Shown: positions 63,706-64,000 of the stretch, piece by piece
Position numbering within the stretch: the first letter of the stretch is position 1
Layout of the letters: the number at the start of each line of letters is the position of its first letter
Assembly (NCBI GenBank): GCA_002245135.1
Contig: NGBS01000899.1
Span: forward strand, 1 to 64,000
Length of the DNA stretch: 64,000 nt
Direction: 5' to 3'
Source of the DNA: Proteromonas lacertae
Taxonomy: Eukaryota
The notes under the pieces: model-generated
What the model saw: only the letters and a program-made list of their open reading frames with translations
Told to the model about the DNA's origin: nothing
Database searches by the model: none
Translations under genes and position numbers: made by a program

Positions 63706-64000
63706 TCAAGATTGGTAGGGGGCTAGACCTTGAATCGATTCCATTGATTCAGTACCATCATCAAAAGTCACAAGAACATGTTTATCTTGAATTTGAGCAA
63801 CTATACCCTTTTTACCACTGTTATAACCACTAATTGCTATTACATTTGTAGTATTACCATCAATTGGTTCAGGATTGACATTAGAAATCAACAACTCAAC
63901 ATTTGAATTACCAATATTTACATTAACATGAGGATGATTCACAGAAGTAATATATCCTCTTTGTTTATCTTTCGTAATGACTTTAACACCAACAACTGCC
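63706..64000 (-). CDS. C-terminal end of a tandem-KOW protein (Spt5-like or KIN17-like); truncated by the window edge
   Basis: GVKVITKDKQRGYITSV and VIAISGYNSGKKGIV..VLVTFD (KOW pattern). Confidence 0.5.
   Translation of the reverse strand, partial: AVVGVKVITKDKQRGYITSVNHPHVNVNIGNSNVELLISNVNPEPIDGNTTNVIAISGYNSGKKGIVAQIQDKHVLVTFDDGTESMESIQGLAPYQS

Noticed and set aside
1..64000. CRISPR arrays, transposases, reverse transcriptases, rRNA
   Set aside because: No repeat-spacer periodicity, mobile-element motifs or rRNA-like sequence were seen.

Overview
Very AT-rich, gene-dense eukaryotic DNA with tiny GT-AG introns (mostly 23-40 nt) and short intergenic spacers. This resembles a Blastocystis-like stramenopile (inference only). 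Positions 1-14.4 kb hold two tandem copies of an intronless ~2100-aa surface receptor: signal peptide, GLUG-like variable domain, REJ/PKD-like region, EGF/TSP1 modules, GPS motif, and polycystin-1-type TM segments with a complete tetraspanin module inserted between them. The two copies are almost identical except for a mosaic hypervariable N-terminus, and an inverted ~1 kb copy of the 3' end lies between them. The rest is mostly housekeeping genes: EF-hand protein, GRASP, SHIPPO-repeat protein, kinesin, tRNA-Arg, PFDN2, RPS29, PRPF3, LSM5, RAMP4, Kish, EFTUD2, BTB protein, Sfi1-like, CDIN1, RPL27A, ABHD18. Further points of note are a small glycan-modification cluster (OafA/SGNH acetyltransferase, nucleotide-diphospho-sugar transferase, decayed neighbour), a DysF-syntaxin ending in a CaaX box, two U12-type introns with apparent AT-AA termini and an identical 3' end, and a recurrent TCAAGCTTGA palindrome in divergent promoters. 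Many one-base frameshifts fall in homopolymers and are probably long-read errors. All family calls come from motif recognition by eye, without database searches.
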